Position numbers and translations under genes: made by a program. This document shows positions 38,301 to 56,300 of a stretch of DNA of 64,000 bases, in pieces. The DNA comes from Eledone cirrhosa (lineage: Eukaryota). Each line of letters starts with the position of its first letter. The stretch's first letter is position 1. The stretch lies in contig OZ024743.1 of assembly GCA_964016885.1 (NCBI GenBank), positions 173,724,001 through 173,788,000 on the forward strand. Direction: 5' to 3'. Under the pieces are notes generated by a model. The model was not told where the DNA came from and did not search any database. It saw only the letters and a program-made list of their open reading frames with translations.

Positions 38301-41300
38301 CACACTGTATAATTGGTACAGCTTACTGTGTTAACGCAGACTGTATAATTGGTACACCTTACTGTGTTAACGCACACTGTATAATTAGTACACCTTACAG
38401 TGTTAACACACACTGTATAATTGGTACACCTTACTGTGTTAACGCACACTGTATAATTGGTACACCTTACTGTGTTAACGCACACTGTATAATTGGTACA
38501 CCTTACTGTGTTAACACACACTGAATAATTGGTACACCTTTCTGGGTTAACGCACACTGTATAATTGGTACACCTTACTGTGTTAACGCATACTGTATAA
38601 TTGGTACACCTTACAGTGTTAACACACACTGTATAGTTGGTACACATTACTGTGTTAACGCACACTGTATAATTAGTACACCTTACAGTGTTAACACACA
38701 CTGATAATTGGTACGCCTTACTGGGTTAACGCACACTGTATAATTAGTACACCTTACAGTGTTAACACACACTGTATAATTGGTACGCCTTACTGTGTTA
38801 ACACACACTGTATAATTGGTACACCTTACTGGGTTAACGCACACTGTATAATTAGTAAACCTTACAGTGTTAACACACACTGTATAATTGGTACACCTTA
38901 CTGTGTTAATGCACACTGTATAATTGGTACACCTTACAGTGTTAATACACACTGTATAATTATTACACCTTACTGTGTTAACGCACACTGTATAAGTTGT
39001 ACACCTTACAGTGTTAACGCACACTGTATAATTAGTACACCTTACTGTGTTAACACACACTGTATAATTGGTACACCTTACTGTGTTAACACACACTGTA
39101 TAATTGGTACACCCTACTGTGTTAACGCACACTGTATAATTGGTACACCTTACTGTGTTAACACACACTGTATAATGGGTACGCCTTACTGTGTTAACTC
39201 ACACTGTATAATTGGTACACCTTACTGTGTTAACGCACACTGTATAATTGGTACACCTTACTGTGTTAACGCACACTGTATAATTGGTACACCTTACTGT
39301 GTTAACACACACTGTATAATTGGTACACCTTACTGTGTTAACACACACTGTATAATTGGTACACCTTACTGTGTTAACGCACACTGTATAATTAGTACAC
39401 CTTACAGTGTGAACACACACTGTATAATTGGTACACCTTACTGTGTTAATACACACTGTATAATTGGTACACCTTACTGTGTTAACATACACTGAATAAT
39501 TGGTACACCTTACTGTGTTAACGCACACTGTATAATTAGTACACCTTACAGTGTTAACACACACTGTATAATTGGTACACCTTACTGTGTTAACGCACAC
39601 TGTATAATTAGTACACCTTACAGTGTTAACACACACTGTATAATTGGTACACCTTACTGTGTTAACGCACACTGTATAATTGGTACACCTTACTGTGTTA
39701 ACGCACACTGTATAATTGGTACACCTTACTGTGTTAACACACACTGAATAATTGGTACACCTTTCTGGGTTAACGCACACTGTATAATTGGTACACCTTA
39801 CTGTGTTAACGCATACTGTATAATTGGTACACCTTACAGTGTTAACACACACTGTATAGTTGGTACACATTACTGTGTTAACGCACACTGTATAATTAGT
39901 ACACCTTACAGTGTTAACACACACTGTATAATTGGTACGCCTTACTGGGTTAACGCACACTGTATAATTAGTACACCTGACAGTGTTAACACACACTGTA
40001 TAATTGGTACGCCTTACTGTGTTAACACACACTGTATAATTGGTACACCTTACTGGGTTAACGCACACTGTATAATTAGTACACCTTACAGTGTTAACAC
40101 ACACTGTATAATTGGTACACCTTACAGTGTTAACACACTGTATAATTAGTACACCTTACTGTGTTAACACACACTGTATAATTAGTACACCTTACAGTAT
40201 TAACACACACTGTATAATTGGTACACCTTACTGTGTTAACGCACACTGTATAATTAGTACACCTTACAGTGTGAACACACACTGTATAATTGGTACACCT
40301 TACTGTGTTAACGTACACTGTATAATTGGTACACCTTACTGTGTTAACACATACTGAATAATTGGTACACCTTACTGTGTTAACGCACACTGTATAATTA
40401 GTACACCTTACAGTGTTAACACACACTGTATAATTGGTACACCTTACTGGGTTAACGCACACTGTATAATTAGTACACCTTATAGTGTTAACACACACTG
40501 TATAATTGGTACACCTTACAGTGTTAACACACACTGTATAATTGGTACGCCTTACTGTGTTAACACACACTGTATAATTAGTACACCTTACTGTGTTAAC
40601 ACACACTGTATAATTAGTACACCTTACAGTGTTAACACACACTGTATAATTGGTACACCTTACTGGGTTAACGCACACTGTATAATTAGTAAACCTTACA
40701 GTGTTAACACACACTGTATAATTGGTACACCTTACAGTGTTAACACACACTGTATAATTGATACACCTTACTGGGTTAACGCACACTGTATAATTAGTAC
40801 ACCTTACAGTGTTAACACACACTGTATAATTGGTACACCTTACTGTGTTAACACACACTGTATAATTGGTACACCTTACTGTGTTAACACACACTGTATA
40901 ATTAGTACACCTTACTGTGTTAACACACACTGTATAATTAGTACACCTTACAGTGTTAACACACACTGTGTAATTGGTACACCTTACTGGGTTAACGCAC
41001 ACTGTATAATTAGTACACCTTACAGTGTTAACACACACTGTATAATTGGTACACCTTACAGTGTTAACACACACTGTATAATTAGTACACCTTACTGTAT
41101 TAACACACACTGTATAATTAGTACACCTTACAGTGTTAACACACACTGTATAATTGGTACACCTTACTGTGTTAAGGCACACTGTATAATTGGTACTCCT
41201 TACTGTGTTAACGCACACTGTATAATTGGTACACCTTACTGTGTTAACACACACTGTATAATTGGTACACCTTACTGTGTTAACGCCCACTGTATAATTG

Positions 41301-44300
41301 GTACACCTTACTGTGTTAACACACTGTATAATTGGTACACCTTATTGTGTTAACACACACTGTATAATTGGTACATCTTACAGTGTTAACACACACTGTA
41401 TAATTGGTACACCTTACTGTGTTAACACACACTGTAAAATTAGTACACCTTACTGTGTTAACACACTATAATTGGTACACCTCACTGTGTTAACACACAC
41501 TGTATAATTGGTACACCTTACAGTGTTAACGCACACTGTATAATTGGTACACCTTACTGTGTTAACACACACTGTATAATTTGTACACCTTACTGTGTTA
41601 ACACACACTGTATAATTACTACACCTTACTGTGTTAACACATACTGTATAATTGGTACATCTTACAGTGTTAACGCAGACTGTATAATTGGTACTCCTTA
41701 CTGTGTTAACACACACTGTATAATTGGTACAGCTTACTGTGTTAACGCAGACTGTATAATTGGTACACCTTACTGTGTTAACGCACACTGTATAATTAGT
41801 ACACCTTACAGTGTTAACACACACTGTATAATTGGTACACCTTACTGTGTTAACGCACACTGTATAATTGGTACACCTTACTGTGTTAACGCACACTGTA
41901 TAATTGGTACACCTTACTGTGTTAACACACACTGAATAATTGGTACACCTTTCTGGGTTAACGCACACTGTATAATTGGTACACCTTACTGTGTTAACGC
42001 ATACTGTATAATTGGTACACCTTACAGTGTTAACACACACTGTATAGTTGGTACACATTACTGTGTTAACGCACACTGTATAATTAGTACACCTTACAGT
42101 GTTAACACACACTGATAATTGGTACGCCTTACTGGGTTAACGCACACTGTATAATTAGTACACCTTACAGTGTTAACACACACTGTATAATTGGTACGCC
42201 TTACTGTGTTAACACACACTGTATAATTGGTACACCTTACTGGGTTAACGCACACTGTATAATTAGTAAAACTTACAGTGTTAACACACACTGTATAATT
42301 GGTACACCTTACTGTGTTAATGCACACTGTATAATTGGTACACCTTACAGTGTTAATACACAGTGTATAATTATTACACCTTACTGTGTTAACGCACACT
42401 GTATAAGTTGTACACCTTACAGTGTTAACGCACACTGTATAATTAGTACACCTTACTGTATAAACACACACTGTATAATTGGTACACCTTACTGTGTTAA
42501 CACACACTGTATAATTGGTACACCCTACTGTGTTAACGCACACTGTATAATTGGTACACCTTACTGTGTTAACACACACTGTATAATGGGTACGCCTTAC
42601 TGTGTTAACTCACACTGTATAATTGGTACACCTTACTGTGTTAACGCACACTGTATAATTGGTACACCTTACTGTGTTAACATACACTGAATAATTGGTA
42701 CACCTTACTGTGTTAACGCACACTGTATAATTAGTACACCTTACAGTGTTAACACACACTGTATAATTGGTACACCTTACTGTGTTAACGCACACTGTAT
42801 AATTAGTACACCTTACAGTGTTAACACACACTGTATAATTGGTACACCTTACTGTGTTAACGCACACTGTATAATTGGTACACCTTACTGTGTTAACGCA
42901 CACTGTATAATTGGTACACCTTTCTGTGTTAACACACACTGAATAATTGGTACACCTTTCTGGGTTAACGCACACTGTATAATTGGTACACCTTACTGTG
43001 TTAACGCATACTGTATAATTGGTACACCTTACAGTGTTAACACACACTGTATAGTTGGTACACATTACTGTGTTAACGCACACTGTATAATTAGTACACC
43101 TTACAGTGTTAACACACACTGTATAATTGGTACGCCTTACTGGGTTAACGCACACTGTATAATTAGTACACCTTACAGTGTTAACACACACTGTATAATT
43201 GGTACGCCTTACTGTGTTAACACACACTGTATAATTGGTACACCTTACTGGGTTAACGCACACTGTATAATTAGTACACCTTACAGTGTTAACACACACT
43301 GTGTAATTGGTACACCTTACTGGGTTAACGCACACTGTATAATTAGTACACCTTACAGTGTTAACACACACTGTATAATTGGTACACCTTACAGTGTTAA
43401 CACACTGTATAATTAGTACACCTTACTGTGTTAACACACACTGTATAATTAGTACACCTTACAGTATTAACACACACTGTATAATTGGTACACCTTACTG
43501 TGTTAACGCACACTGTATAATTAGTACACCTTACAGTGTGAACACACACTGTATAATTGGTACACCTTACTGTGTTAACGTACACTGTATAATTGGTACA
43601 CCTTACTGTGTTAACACACACTGAATAATTGGTACACCTTACTGTGTTAACGCACACTGTATAATTAGTACACCTTACAGTGTTAACACACACTGTATAA
43701 TTGGTACACCTTACTGGGTTAACGCACACTGTATAATTAGTACACCTTATAGTGTTAACACACACTGTATAATTGGTACACCTTACAGTGTTAACACACA
43801 CTGTATAATTGGTACGCCTTACTGTGTTAACACACACTGTATAATTAGTACACCTTACTGTGTTAACACACACTGTATAATGGGTACGCCTTACTGTGTT
43901 AACTCACACTGTATAATTGGTACACCTTACTGTGTTAACGCACACTGTATAATTGGTACACCTTACTGTGTTAACATACACTGAATAATTGGTACACCTT
44001 ACTGTGTTAACGCACACTGTATAATTAGTACACCTTACAGTGTTAACACACACTGTATAATTGGTACACCTTACAGTGTTAACACACACTGTATAATTGA
44101 TACACCTTACTGGGTTAACGCACACTGTATAATTAGTAGACCTTACAGTGTTAACACACACTGTATAATTGGTACACCTTACTGTGTTAACACACACTGT
44201 ATAATTGGTACACCTTACTGTGTTAACACACACTGTATAATTAGTACACCTTACTGTGTTAACACACACTGTATAATTAGTACACCTTACAGTGTTAACA

Positions 44301-47300
44301 CACACTGTGTAATTGGTACACCTTACTGGGTTAACGCACACTGTATAATTAGTACACCTTACAGTGTTAACACACACTGTATAATTGGTACACCTTACTG
44401 TGTTAACGCACACTGTATAATTGGTACATCTTACAGTGTTAACACACACTGTATAATTGGTACACCTTACTGTGTTAACACACACTGTAAAATTAGTACA
44501 CCTTACTGTGTTAACACACTATAATTGGTACACCTCACTGTGTTAACACACACTGTATAATTTGTACACCTTACAGTGTTAACGCACACTGTATAATTGG
44601 TACACCTTACTGTGTTAACACACACTGTATAATTTGTACACCTTACTGTGTTAACACACACTGTATAATTACTACACCTTACTGTGTTAACACATACTGT
44701 ATAATTGGTACATCTTACAGTGTTAACGCAGACTGTATAATTGGTACTCCTTACTGTGTTAACACACACTGTATAATTGGTACAGCTTACTGTGTTAACG
44801 CAGACTGTATAATTGGTACACCTTACTGTGTTAACGCACACTGTATAATTAGTACACCTTACAGTGTTAACACACACTGTATAATTGGTACACCTTACTG
44901 TGTTAACGCACACTGTATAATTGGTACACCTTACTGTGTTAACGCACACTGTATAATTGGTACACCTTACTGTGTTAACACACACTGAATAATTGGTACA
45001 CCTTTCTGGGTTAACGCACACTGTATAATTGGTACACCTTACTGTGTTAACGCATACTGTATAATTGGTACACCTTACAGTGTTAACACACACTGTATAG
45101 TTGGTACACATTACTGTGTTAACGCACACTGTATAATTAGTACACCTTACAGTGTTAACACACACTGTATAATTGGTACGCCTTACTGGGTTAACGCACA
45201 CTGTATAATTAGTACACCTTACAGTGTTAACACACACTGTATAATTGGTACGCCTTACTGTGTTAACACACACTGTATAATTGGTACACCTTACTGGGTT
45301 AACGCACACTGTATAATTAGTAAACCTTACAGTGTTAACACACACTGTATAATTGGTACACCTTACAGTGTTAACACACACTGTATAATTGATACACCTT
45401 ACTGGGTTAACGCACACTGTATAATTAGTACACCTTACAGTGTTAACACACACTGTATAATTGGTACACCTTACTGTGTTAACACACACTGTATAATTGG
45501 TACACCTTACTGTGTTAACACACACTGTATAATTAGTACACCTTACTGTGTTAACACACACTGTATAATTAGTACACCTTACAGTGTTAACACACACTGT
45601 GTAATTGGTACACCTTACTGGGTTAACGCACACTGTATAATTAGTACACCTTACAGTGTTAACACACACTGTATAATTGGTACACCTTACAGTGTTAACA
45701 CACACTGTATAATTAGTACACCTTACTGTATTAACACACACTGTATAATTAGTACACCTTACAGTGTTAACACACACTGTATAATTGGTACACCTTACTG
45801 TGTTAAGGCACACTGTATAATTGGTACTCCTTACTGTGTTAACGCACACTGTATAATTGGTACACCTTACTGTGTTAACACACACTGTATAATTGGTACA
45901 CCTTACTGTGTTAACGCCCACTGTATAATTGGTACACCTTACTGTGTTAACACACTGTATAATTGGTACACCTTATTGTGTTAACACACACTGTATAATT
46001 GGTACATCTTACAGTGTTAACACACACTGTATAATTGGTACACCTTACTGTGTTAACACACACTGTAAAATTAGTACACCTTACTGTGTTAACACACTAT
46101 AATTGGTACACCTCACTGTGTTAACACACACTGTATAATTGGTACACCTTACAGTGTTAACGCACACTGTATAATTGGTACACCTTACTGTGTTAACACA
46201 CACTGTATAATTGGTACACCTTACTGTGTTAACACACACTGTATAATTACTACACCTTACTGTGTTAACACATACTGTATAATTGGTACATCTTACAGTG
46301 TTAACGCAGACTGTATAATTGGTACTCCTTACTGTGTTAACACACACTGTATAATTGGTACAGCTTACTGTGTTAACGCAGACTGTATAATTGGTACACC
46401 TTACTGTGTTAACGCACACTGTATAATTAGTACACCTTACAGTGTTAACACACACTGTATAATTGGTACACCTTACTGTGTTAACGCACACTGTATAATT
46501 GGTACACCTTACTGTGTTAACGCACACTGTATAATTGGTACATCTTACAGTGTTAACACACACTGTATAATTGGTACACCTTACTGTGTTAACACACACT
46601 GTAAAATTAGTACACCTTACTGTGTTAACACACTATAATTGGTACACCTCACTGTGTTAACACACACTGTATAATTGGTACACCTTACAGTGTTAACGCA
46701 CACTGTATAATTGGTACACCTTACTGTGTTAACACACACTGTATAAGTGGTACACCTTACTGTGTTAACACACACTGTATAATTACTACACCTTACTGTG
46801 TTAACACATACTGTATAATTGGTACATCTTACAGTGTTAACGCAGACTGTATAATTGGTACACCTTACTGTGTTAACACACACTGTATAATTGGTACAGC
46901 TTACTGTGTTAACGCAGACTGTATAATTGGTACACCTTACTGTGTTAACGCACACTGTATAATTAGTACACCTTACAGTGTTAACACACACTGTATAATT
47001 GGTACACCTTACTGTGTTAACGCACACTGTATAATTGGTACACCTTACTGGGTTAACGCACACTGTATAATTAGTACACCTTACAGTGTTAACACACACT
47101 GTATAATTGGTACCCCTTACTGGGTTAACGCACACTGTATAATTAGTACACCTTACAGTGTTAACACACACTGTATAATTGGTACACATTACAGTGTTAA
47201 CACACACTGTATAATTGGTACACCTTACTGTGTTAACACACACTGTATAATTGGTACACCTTACTCTGTTAACGCACACTGTATAATTGGTACACCTTAC

Positions 47301-50300
47301 TGTGTTAACACACACTGTATAATTAGTACACCTAACAGTGTTAACACACTGTATAATTAGTACACCTTACTGTGTTAACGCACACTGTATAATTGGTACA
47401 CCTTACTGTGTTAACGCAGACTGTATAATTGGTACACCTTACTGTGTTAACACACACTGTATAATTGGTACAGCTTACTGTGTTAACGCAGACTGTATAA
47501 TTGGTACACCTTACTGTGTTAACGCACACTCTATAATTAGTACACCTTACAGTGTTAACACACACTGTATAATTGGTACACCTTACTGTGTTAACGCACA
47601 CTGTATAATTGGTACACCTTACTGGGTTAACGCACACTGTATAATTAGTACACCTTACAGTGTTAACACACACTGTATAATTGGTACACCTTACTGGGTT
47701 AACGCACACTGTATAATTAGTACACCTTACAGTGTTAACACACACTGTATAATTGGTACACATTACAGTGTTAACACACACTGTATAATTGGTACACCTT
47801 ACTGTGTTAACACACACTGTATAATTAGTACACCTTACTGTGTTAACACACACTGTATAATTAGTACACCTAACAGTGTTAACACACTGTATAATTAGTA
47901 CACCTTACTGTGTTAACACACACTGGATAATTGGTACACCTTACTGTGTTAATGCACACTGTATAATTGGTACACCTTACAGTGTTAACACACACTGTAT
48001 AATTATTACACCTTACTGTGTTAATGCACACTGTATAAGTTGTACACCTTACAGTGTTAACGCACACTGTATAATTAGTACACCTTACTGTGTTAACACA
48101 CACTGTATAATTGGTACACCTTACTGTGTTAACACACACTGTATAATTGGTACACCTTACTGTGTTAACGCACACTGTATAATTGGTACACCTTACTGTG
48201 TTAACACACTATAATTGGTACACCTCACTGTGTTAACACACACTGTATAATTGGTACACCTTACAGTGTTAATGCACACTGTATAATTGGTACACCTTAC
48301 TGTGTTAACACACACTGTATAATTGGTACACCTTACTGTGTTAATACACACTGTATAATTACTACACCTTACTGTGTTAACACATACTGTATAATTGGTA
48401 CATCTTACAGTGTTAACGCAGACTGTATAATTGGTACACCTTACTGTGTTAACACACACTGTATAATTGGTACAGCTTACTGTGTTAACGCAGACTGTAT
48501 AATTGGTACACCTTACTGTGTTAACGCACACTGTATAATTAGTACACCTTACAGTGTTAACACACACTGTATAATTGGTACACCTTACTGTGTTAACGCA
48601 CACTGTATAATTGGTACACCTTACTGTGTTAACACACACTGTATAATTGGTACACCTTACTCTGTTAACGCACACTGTATAATTGGTACACCTTACTGTG
48701 TTAACACACACTGTATAATTAGTACACCTAACAGTGTTAACACACTGTATAATTAGTACACCTTACTGTGTTAACGCACACTGTATAATTGGTACACCTT
48801 ACTGTGTTAACGCAGACTGTATAATTGGTACACCTTACTGTGTTAACACACACTGTATAATTGGTACAGCTTACTGTGTTAACACACACTGTATAATTGG
48901 TACACCTTACTGTGTTAATGCACACTGTATAATTGGTACACCTTACAGTGTTAATACACACTGTATAATTATTACACCTTACTGTGTTAACGCACACTGT
49001 ATAAGTTGTACACCTTACAGTGTTAACGCACACTGTATAATTAGTACACCTTACTGTGTTAACACACACTGTATAATTGGTACACCTTACTGTGTTAACA
49101 CACACTGTATAATTGGTACACCTTACTGTGTTAACGCACACTGTATAATTGGTACACCTTACTGTGTTAACACACACTGTATAATGGGTACGCCTTACTG
49201 TGTTAACTCACACTGTATAATTGGTACACCTTACTGTGTTAACGCACACTGTATAATTGGTACACCTTACTGTGTTAACACACACTGTATAATTGGTACA
49301 CCTTACTGTGTTAACACACACTGTATAATTGGTACACCTTACTGTGTTAACACACACTGTATAATTGGTACACCTTACTGTGTTAACACACACTGTATAA
49401 TTGGTACACCTTACTGTGTTAACGCACACTGTATAATTAGTACACCTTACAGTGTGAACACACACTGTATAATTGGTACACCTTACTGTGTTAATACACA
49501 CTGTATAATTGGTACACCTTACTGTGTTAACATACACTGAATAATTGGTACACCTTACTGTGTTAACGCACACTGTATAATTAGTACACCTTACAGTGTT
49601 AACACACACTGTATAATTGGTACACCTTACTGTGTTAACGCACACTGTATAATTAGTACACCTTACAGTGTTAACACACACTGTATAATTGGTACACCTT
49701 ACTGTGTTAACGCACACTGTATAATTGGTACACCTTACTGTGTTAACGCACACTGTATAATTGGTACACCTTACTGTGTTAACACACACTGAATAATTGG
49801 TACACCTTTCTGGGTTAACGCACACTGTATAATTGCTACACCTTACTGTGTTAACGCTTACTGTATAATTGGTACACCTTACAGTGTTAACACACACTGT
49901 ATAGTTGGTACACATTACTGTGTTAACGCACACTGTATAATTAGTACACCTTACAGTGTTAACACACACTGTATAATTGGTACGCCTTACTGGGTTAACG
50001 CACACTGTATAATTAGTACACCTTACAGTGTTAACACACACTGTATAATTGGTACGCCTTACTGTGTTAACACACACTGTATAATTGGTACACCTTACTG
50101 GGTTAACGCACACTGTATAATTAGTACACCTTACAGTGTTAACACACACTGTGTAATTGGTACACCTTACTGGGTTAACGCACACTGTATAATTAGTACA
50201 CCTTACAGTGTTAACACACACTGTATAATTGGTACACCTTACAGTGTTAACACACTGTATAATTAGTACACCTTACTGTGTTAACACACACTGTATAATT

Positions 50301-53300
50301 AGTACACCTTACAGTATTAACACACACTGTATAATTGGTACACCTTACTGTGTTAACGCACACTGTATAATTAGTACACCTTACAGTGTGAACACACACT
50401 GTATAATTGGTACACCTTACTGTGTTAACGTACACTGTATAATTGGTACACCTTACTGTGTTAACACACACTGAATAATTGGTACACCTTACTGTGTTAA
50501 CGCACACTGTATAATTAGTACACCTTACAGTGTTAACACACACTGTATAATTGGTACACCTTACTGGGTTAACGCACACTGTATAATTAGTACACCTTAT
50601 AGTGTTAACACACACTGTATAATTGGTACACCTTACAGTGTTAACACACACTGTATAATTGGTACGCCTTACTGTGTTAACACACACTGTATAATTAGTA
50701 CACCTTACTGTGTTAACACACACTGTATAATTAGTACACCTTACAGTGTTAACACACACTGTATAATTGGTACACCTTACTGGGTTAACGCACACTGTAT
50801 AATTAGTAAACCTTACAGTGTTAACACACACTGTATAATTGGTACACCTTACAGTGTTAACACACACTGTATAATTGATACACCTTACTGGGTTAACGCA
50901 CACTGTATAATTAGTACACCTTACAGTGTTAACACACACTGTATAATTGGTACACCTTACTGTGTTAACACACACTGTATAATTGGTACACCTTACTGTG
51001 TTAACACACACTGTATAATTAGTACACCTTACTGTGTTAACACACACTGTATAATTAGTACACCTTACAGTGTTAACACACACTGTGTAATTGGTACACC
51101 TTACTGGGTTAACGCACACTGTATAATTAGTACACCTTACAGTGTTAACACACACTGTATAATTGGTACACCTTACAGTGTTAACACACACTGTATAATT
51201 AGTACACCTTACTGTATTAACACACACTGTATAATTAGTACACCTTACAGTGTTAACACACACTGTATAATTGGTACACCTTACTGTATTAAGGCACACT
51301 GTATAATTGGTACTCCTTACTGTGTTAACGCACACTGTATAATTGGTACACCTTACTGTGTTAACACACACTGTATAATTGGTACACCTTACTGTGTTAA
51401 CGCCCACTGTATAATTGGTACACCTTACTGTGTTAACACACTGTATAATTGGTACACCTTATTGTGTTAACACACACTGTATAATTGGTACATCTTACAG
51501 TGTTAACACACACTGTATAATTGGTACACCTTACTGTGTTAACACACACTGTAAAATTAGTACACCTTACTGTGTTAACACACTATAATTGGTACACCTC
51601 ACTGTGTTAACACACACTGTATAATTGGTACACCTTACAGTGTTAACGCACACTGTATAATTGGTACACCTTACTGTGTTAACACACACTGTATAATTGG
51701 TACACCTTACTGTGTTAACACACACTGTATAATTACTACACCTTACTGTGTTAACACATACTGTATAATTGGTACATCTTACAGTGTTAACGCAGACTGT
51801 ATAATTGGTACTCCTTACTGTGTTAACACACACTGTATAATTGGTACAGCTTACTGTGTTAACGCAGACTGTATAATTGGTACACCTTACTGTGTTAACG
51901 CACACTGTATAATTAGTACACCTTACAGTGTTAACACACACTGTATAATTGGTACACCTTACTGTGTTAACGCACACTGTATAATTGGTACACCTTACTG
52001 TGTTAACGCACACTGTATAATTGGTACACCTTACTGTGTTAACACACACTGAATAATTGGTACACCTTTCTGGGTTAACGCACACTGTATAATTGGTACA
52101 CCTTACTGTGTTAACGCATACTGTATAATTGGTACACCTTACAGTGTTAACACACACTGTATAGTTGGTACACATTACTGTGTTAACGCACACTGTATAA
52201 TTAGTACACCTTACAGTGTTAACACACACTGTATAATTGGTACGCCTTACTGGGTTAACGCACACTGTATAATTAGTACACCTTACAGTGTTAACACACA
52301 CTGTATAATTGGTACGCCTTACTGTGTTAACACACACTGTATAATTGGTACACCTTACTGGGTTAACGCACACTGTATAATTAGTAAACCTTACAGTGTT
52401 AACACACACTGTATAATTGGTACACCTTACAGTGTTAACACACACTGTATAATTGATACACCTTACTGGGTTAACGCACACTGTATAATTAGTACACCTT
52501 ACAGTGTTAACACACACTGTATAATTGGTACACCTTACTGTGTTAACACACACTGTATAATTGGTACACCTTACTGTGTTAACACACACTGTATAATTAG
52601 TACACCTTACTGTGTTAACACACACTGTATAATTAGTACACCTTACAGTGTTAACACACACTGTGTAATTGGTACACCTTACTGGGTTAACGCACACTGT
52701 ATAATTAGTACACCTTACAGTGTTAACACACACTGTATAATTGGTACATCTTACAGTGTTAACACACACTGTATAATTAGTACACCTTACTGTATTAACA
52801 CACACTGTATAATTAGTACACCTTACAGTGTTAACACACACTGTATAATTGGTACACCTTACTGTGTTAAGGCACACTGTATAATTGGTACTCCTTACTG
52901 TGTTAACGCACACTGTATAATAGGTACACCTTACTGTGTTAACACACACTGTATAATTGGTACACCTTACTCTGTTAACGCCCACTGTATAATTGGTACA
53001 CCTTACTGTGTTAACACACTGTATAATTGGTACACCTTATTGTTTTAACACACACTGTATAATTGGTACATCTTACAGTGTTAACACACACTGTATAATT
53101 GGTACACCTTACTGTGTTAACACACACTGTAAAATTAGTACACCTTACTGTGTTAACACACTATAATTGGTACACCTCACTGTGTTAACACACACTGTAT
53201 AATTGGTACACCTTACAGTGTTAACGCACACTGTATAATTGGTACACCTTACTGTGATAACACACACTGTATAATTGGTACACCTTACTGTGTTAACACA

Positions 53301-56300
53301 CACTGTATAATTACTACACCTTACTGTGTTAACACATACTGTATAATTGGTACATCTTACAGTGTTAACGCAGACTGTATAATTGGTACTCCTTACTGTG
53401 TTAACACACACTGTATAATTGGTACAGCTTACTGTGTTAACGCAGACTGCATAATTGGTACACCTTACTGTGTTAACGCACACTGTATAATTAGTACACC
53501 TTACAGTGTTAACACACACTGTATAATTGGTACACCTTACTGTGTTAACGCACACTGTATAATTGGTACACCTTACTGTGTTAACACACACTGTATAATT
53601 GGTACATCTTACAGTGTTAACACACACTGTATAATTGGTACACCTTACTGTGTTAACACACACTGTAAAATTAGTACACCTTACTGTGTTAACACACTAT
53701 AATTGGTACACCTCACTGTGTTAACACACACTGTATAATTGGTACACCTTATAGTGTTAACGCACACTGTATAATTGGTACACCTTACTGTGTTAACACA
53801 CACTGTATAATTGGTACACCTTACTGTGTTAACACACACTGTATAATTACTACACCTTACTGTGTTAACACATACTGTATAATTGGTACATCTTACAGTG
53901 TTAACGCAGACTGTATAATTGGTACACCTTACTGTGTTAACACACACTGTATAATTGGTACAGCTTACTGTGTTAACGCAGACTGTATAATTGGTACACC
54001 TTACTGTGTTAACGCACACTGTATAATTAGTACACCTTACAGTGTTAACACACACTGTATAATTGGTACACCTTACTGTGTTAACGCACACTGTATAATT
54101 GGTACACCTTACTGGGTTAACGCACACTGTATAATTAGTACACCTTACAGTGTTAACACACACTGTATAATTGGTACCCCTTACTGGGTTAACGCACACT
54201 GTATAATTAGTACACCTTACAGTGTTAACACACACTGTATAATTGGTACACATTACAGTGTTAACACACACTGTATAATTGGTACACCTTACTGTGTTAA
54301 CACACACTGTATAATTGGTACACCTTACTCTGTTAACGCACACTGTATAATTGGTACACCTTACTGTGTTAACACACACTGTATAATTAGTACACCTAAC
54401 AGTGTTAACACACTGTATAATTAGTACACCTTACTGTGTTAACGCACACTGTATAATTGGTACACCTTACTGTGTTAACGCAGACTGTATAATTGGTACA
54501 CCTTACTGTGTTAACACACACTGTATAATTGGTACAGCTTACTGTGTTAACGCAGACTGTATAATTGGTACACCTTACTGTGTTAACGCACACTCTATAA
54601 TTAGTACACCTTACAGTGTTAACACACACTGTATAATTGGTACACCTTACTGTGTTAACGCACACTGTATAATTGGTACACCTTACTGGGTTAACGCACA
54701 CTGTATAATTAGTACACCTTACAGTGTTAACACACACTGTATAATTGGTACACCTTACTGGGTTAATGCACACTGTATAATTAGTACACCTTACAGTGTT
54801 AACACACACTGTATAATTGGTACACATTACAGTGTTAACACACACTGTATAATTGGTACACCTTACTGTGTTAACACACACTGTATAATTAGTACACCTT
54901 ACTGTGTTAACACACACTGTATAATTAGTACACCTAACAGTGTTAACACACTGTATAATTAGTACACCTTACTGTGTTAACACACACTGGATAATTGGTA
55001 CACCTTACTGTGTTAATGCACACTGTATAATTGGTACACCTTACAGTGTTAACACACACTGTATAATTATTACACCTTACTGTGTTAATGCACACTGTAT
55101 AAGTTGTACACCTTACAGTGTTAACGCACACTGTATAATTAGTACACCTTACTGTGTTAACACACACTGTATAATTGGTACACCTTACTGTGTTAACACA
55201 CACTGTATAATTGGTACACCTTACTGTGTTAACGCACACTGTATAATTGGTACACCTTACTGTGTTAACACACTATAATTGGTACACCTCACTGTGTTAA
55301 CACACACTGTATAATTGGTACACCTTACAGTGTTAATGCACACTGTATAATTGGTACACCTTACTGTGTTAACACACACTGTATAATTGGTACACCTTAC
55401 TGTGTTAATACACACTGTATAATTACTACACCTTACTGTGTTAACACATACTGTATAATTGGTACATCTTACAGTGTTAACGCAGACTGTATAATTGGTA
55501 CACCTTACTGTGTTAACACACACTGTATAATTGGTACAGCTTACTGTGTTAACGCAGACTGTATAATTGGTACACCTTACTGTGTTAACGCACACTGTAT
55601 AATTAGTACACCTTACAGTGTTAACACACACTGTATAATTGGTACACCTTACTGTGTTAATGCACACTGTATAATTGGTACACCTTACTGTGTTAACACA
55701 CACTGTATAATTGGTACACCTTACTCTGTTAACGCACACTGTATAATTGGTACACCTTACTGTGTTAACACACACTGTATAATTAGTACACCTAACAGTG
55801 TTAACACACTGTATAATTAGTACACCTTACTGTGTTAACGCACACTGTATAATTGGTACACCTTACTGTGTTAACGCAGACTGTATAATTGGTACACCTT
55901 ACTGTGTTAACACACACTGTATAATTGGTACAGCTTACTGTGTTAACACACACTGTATAATTGGTACACCTTACTGTGTTAATGCACACTGTATAATTGG
56001 TACACCTTACAGTGTTAATACACACTGTATAATTATTACACCTTACTGTGTTAACGCACACTGTATAAGTTGTACACCTTACAGTGTTAACGCACACTGT
56101 ATAATTAGTACACCTTACTGTGTTAACACACACTGTATAATTGGTACACCTTACTGTGTTAACACACACTGTATAATTGGTACACCTTACTGTGTTAACG
56201 CACACTGTATAATTGGTACACCTTACTGTGTTAACACACACTGTATAATGGGTACGCCTTACTGTGTTAACTCACACTGTATAATTGGTACACCTTACTG

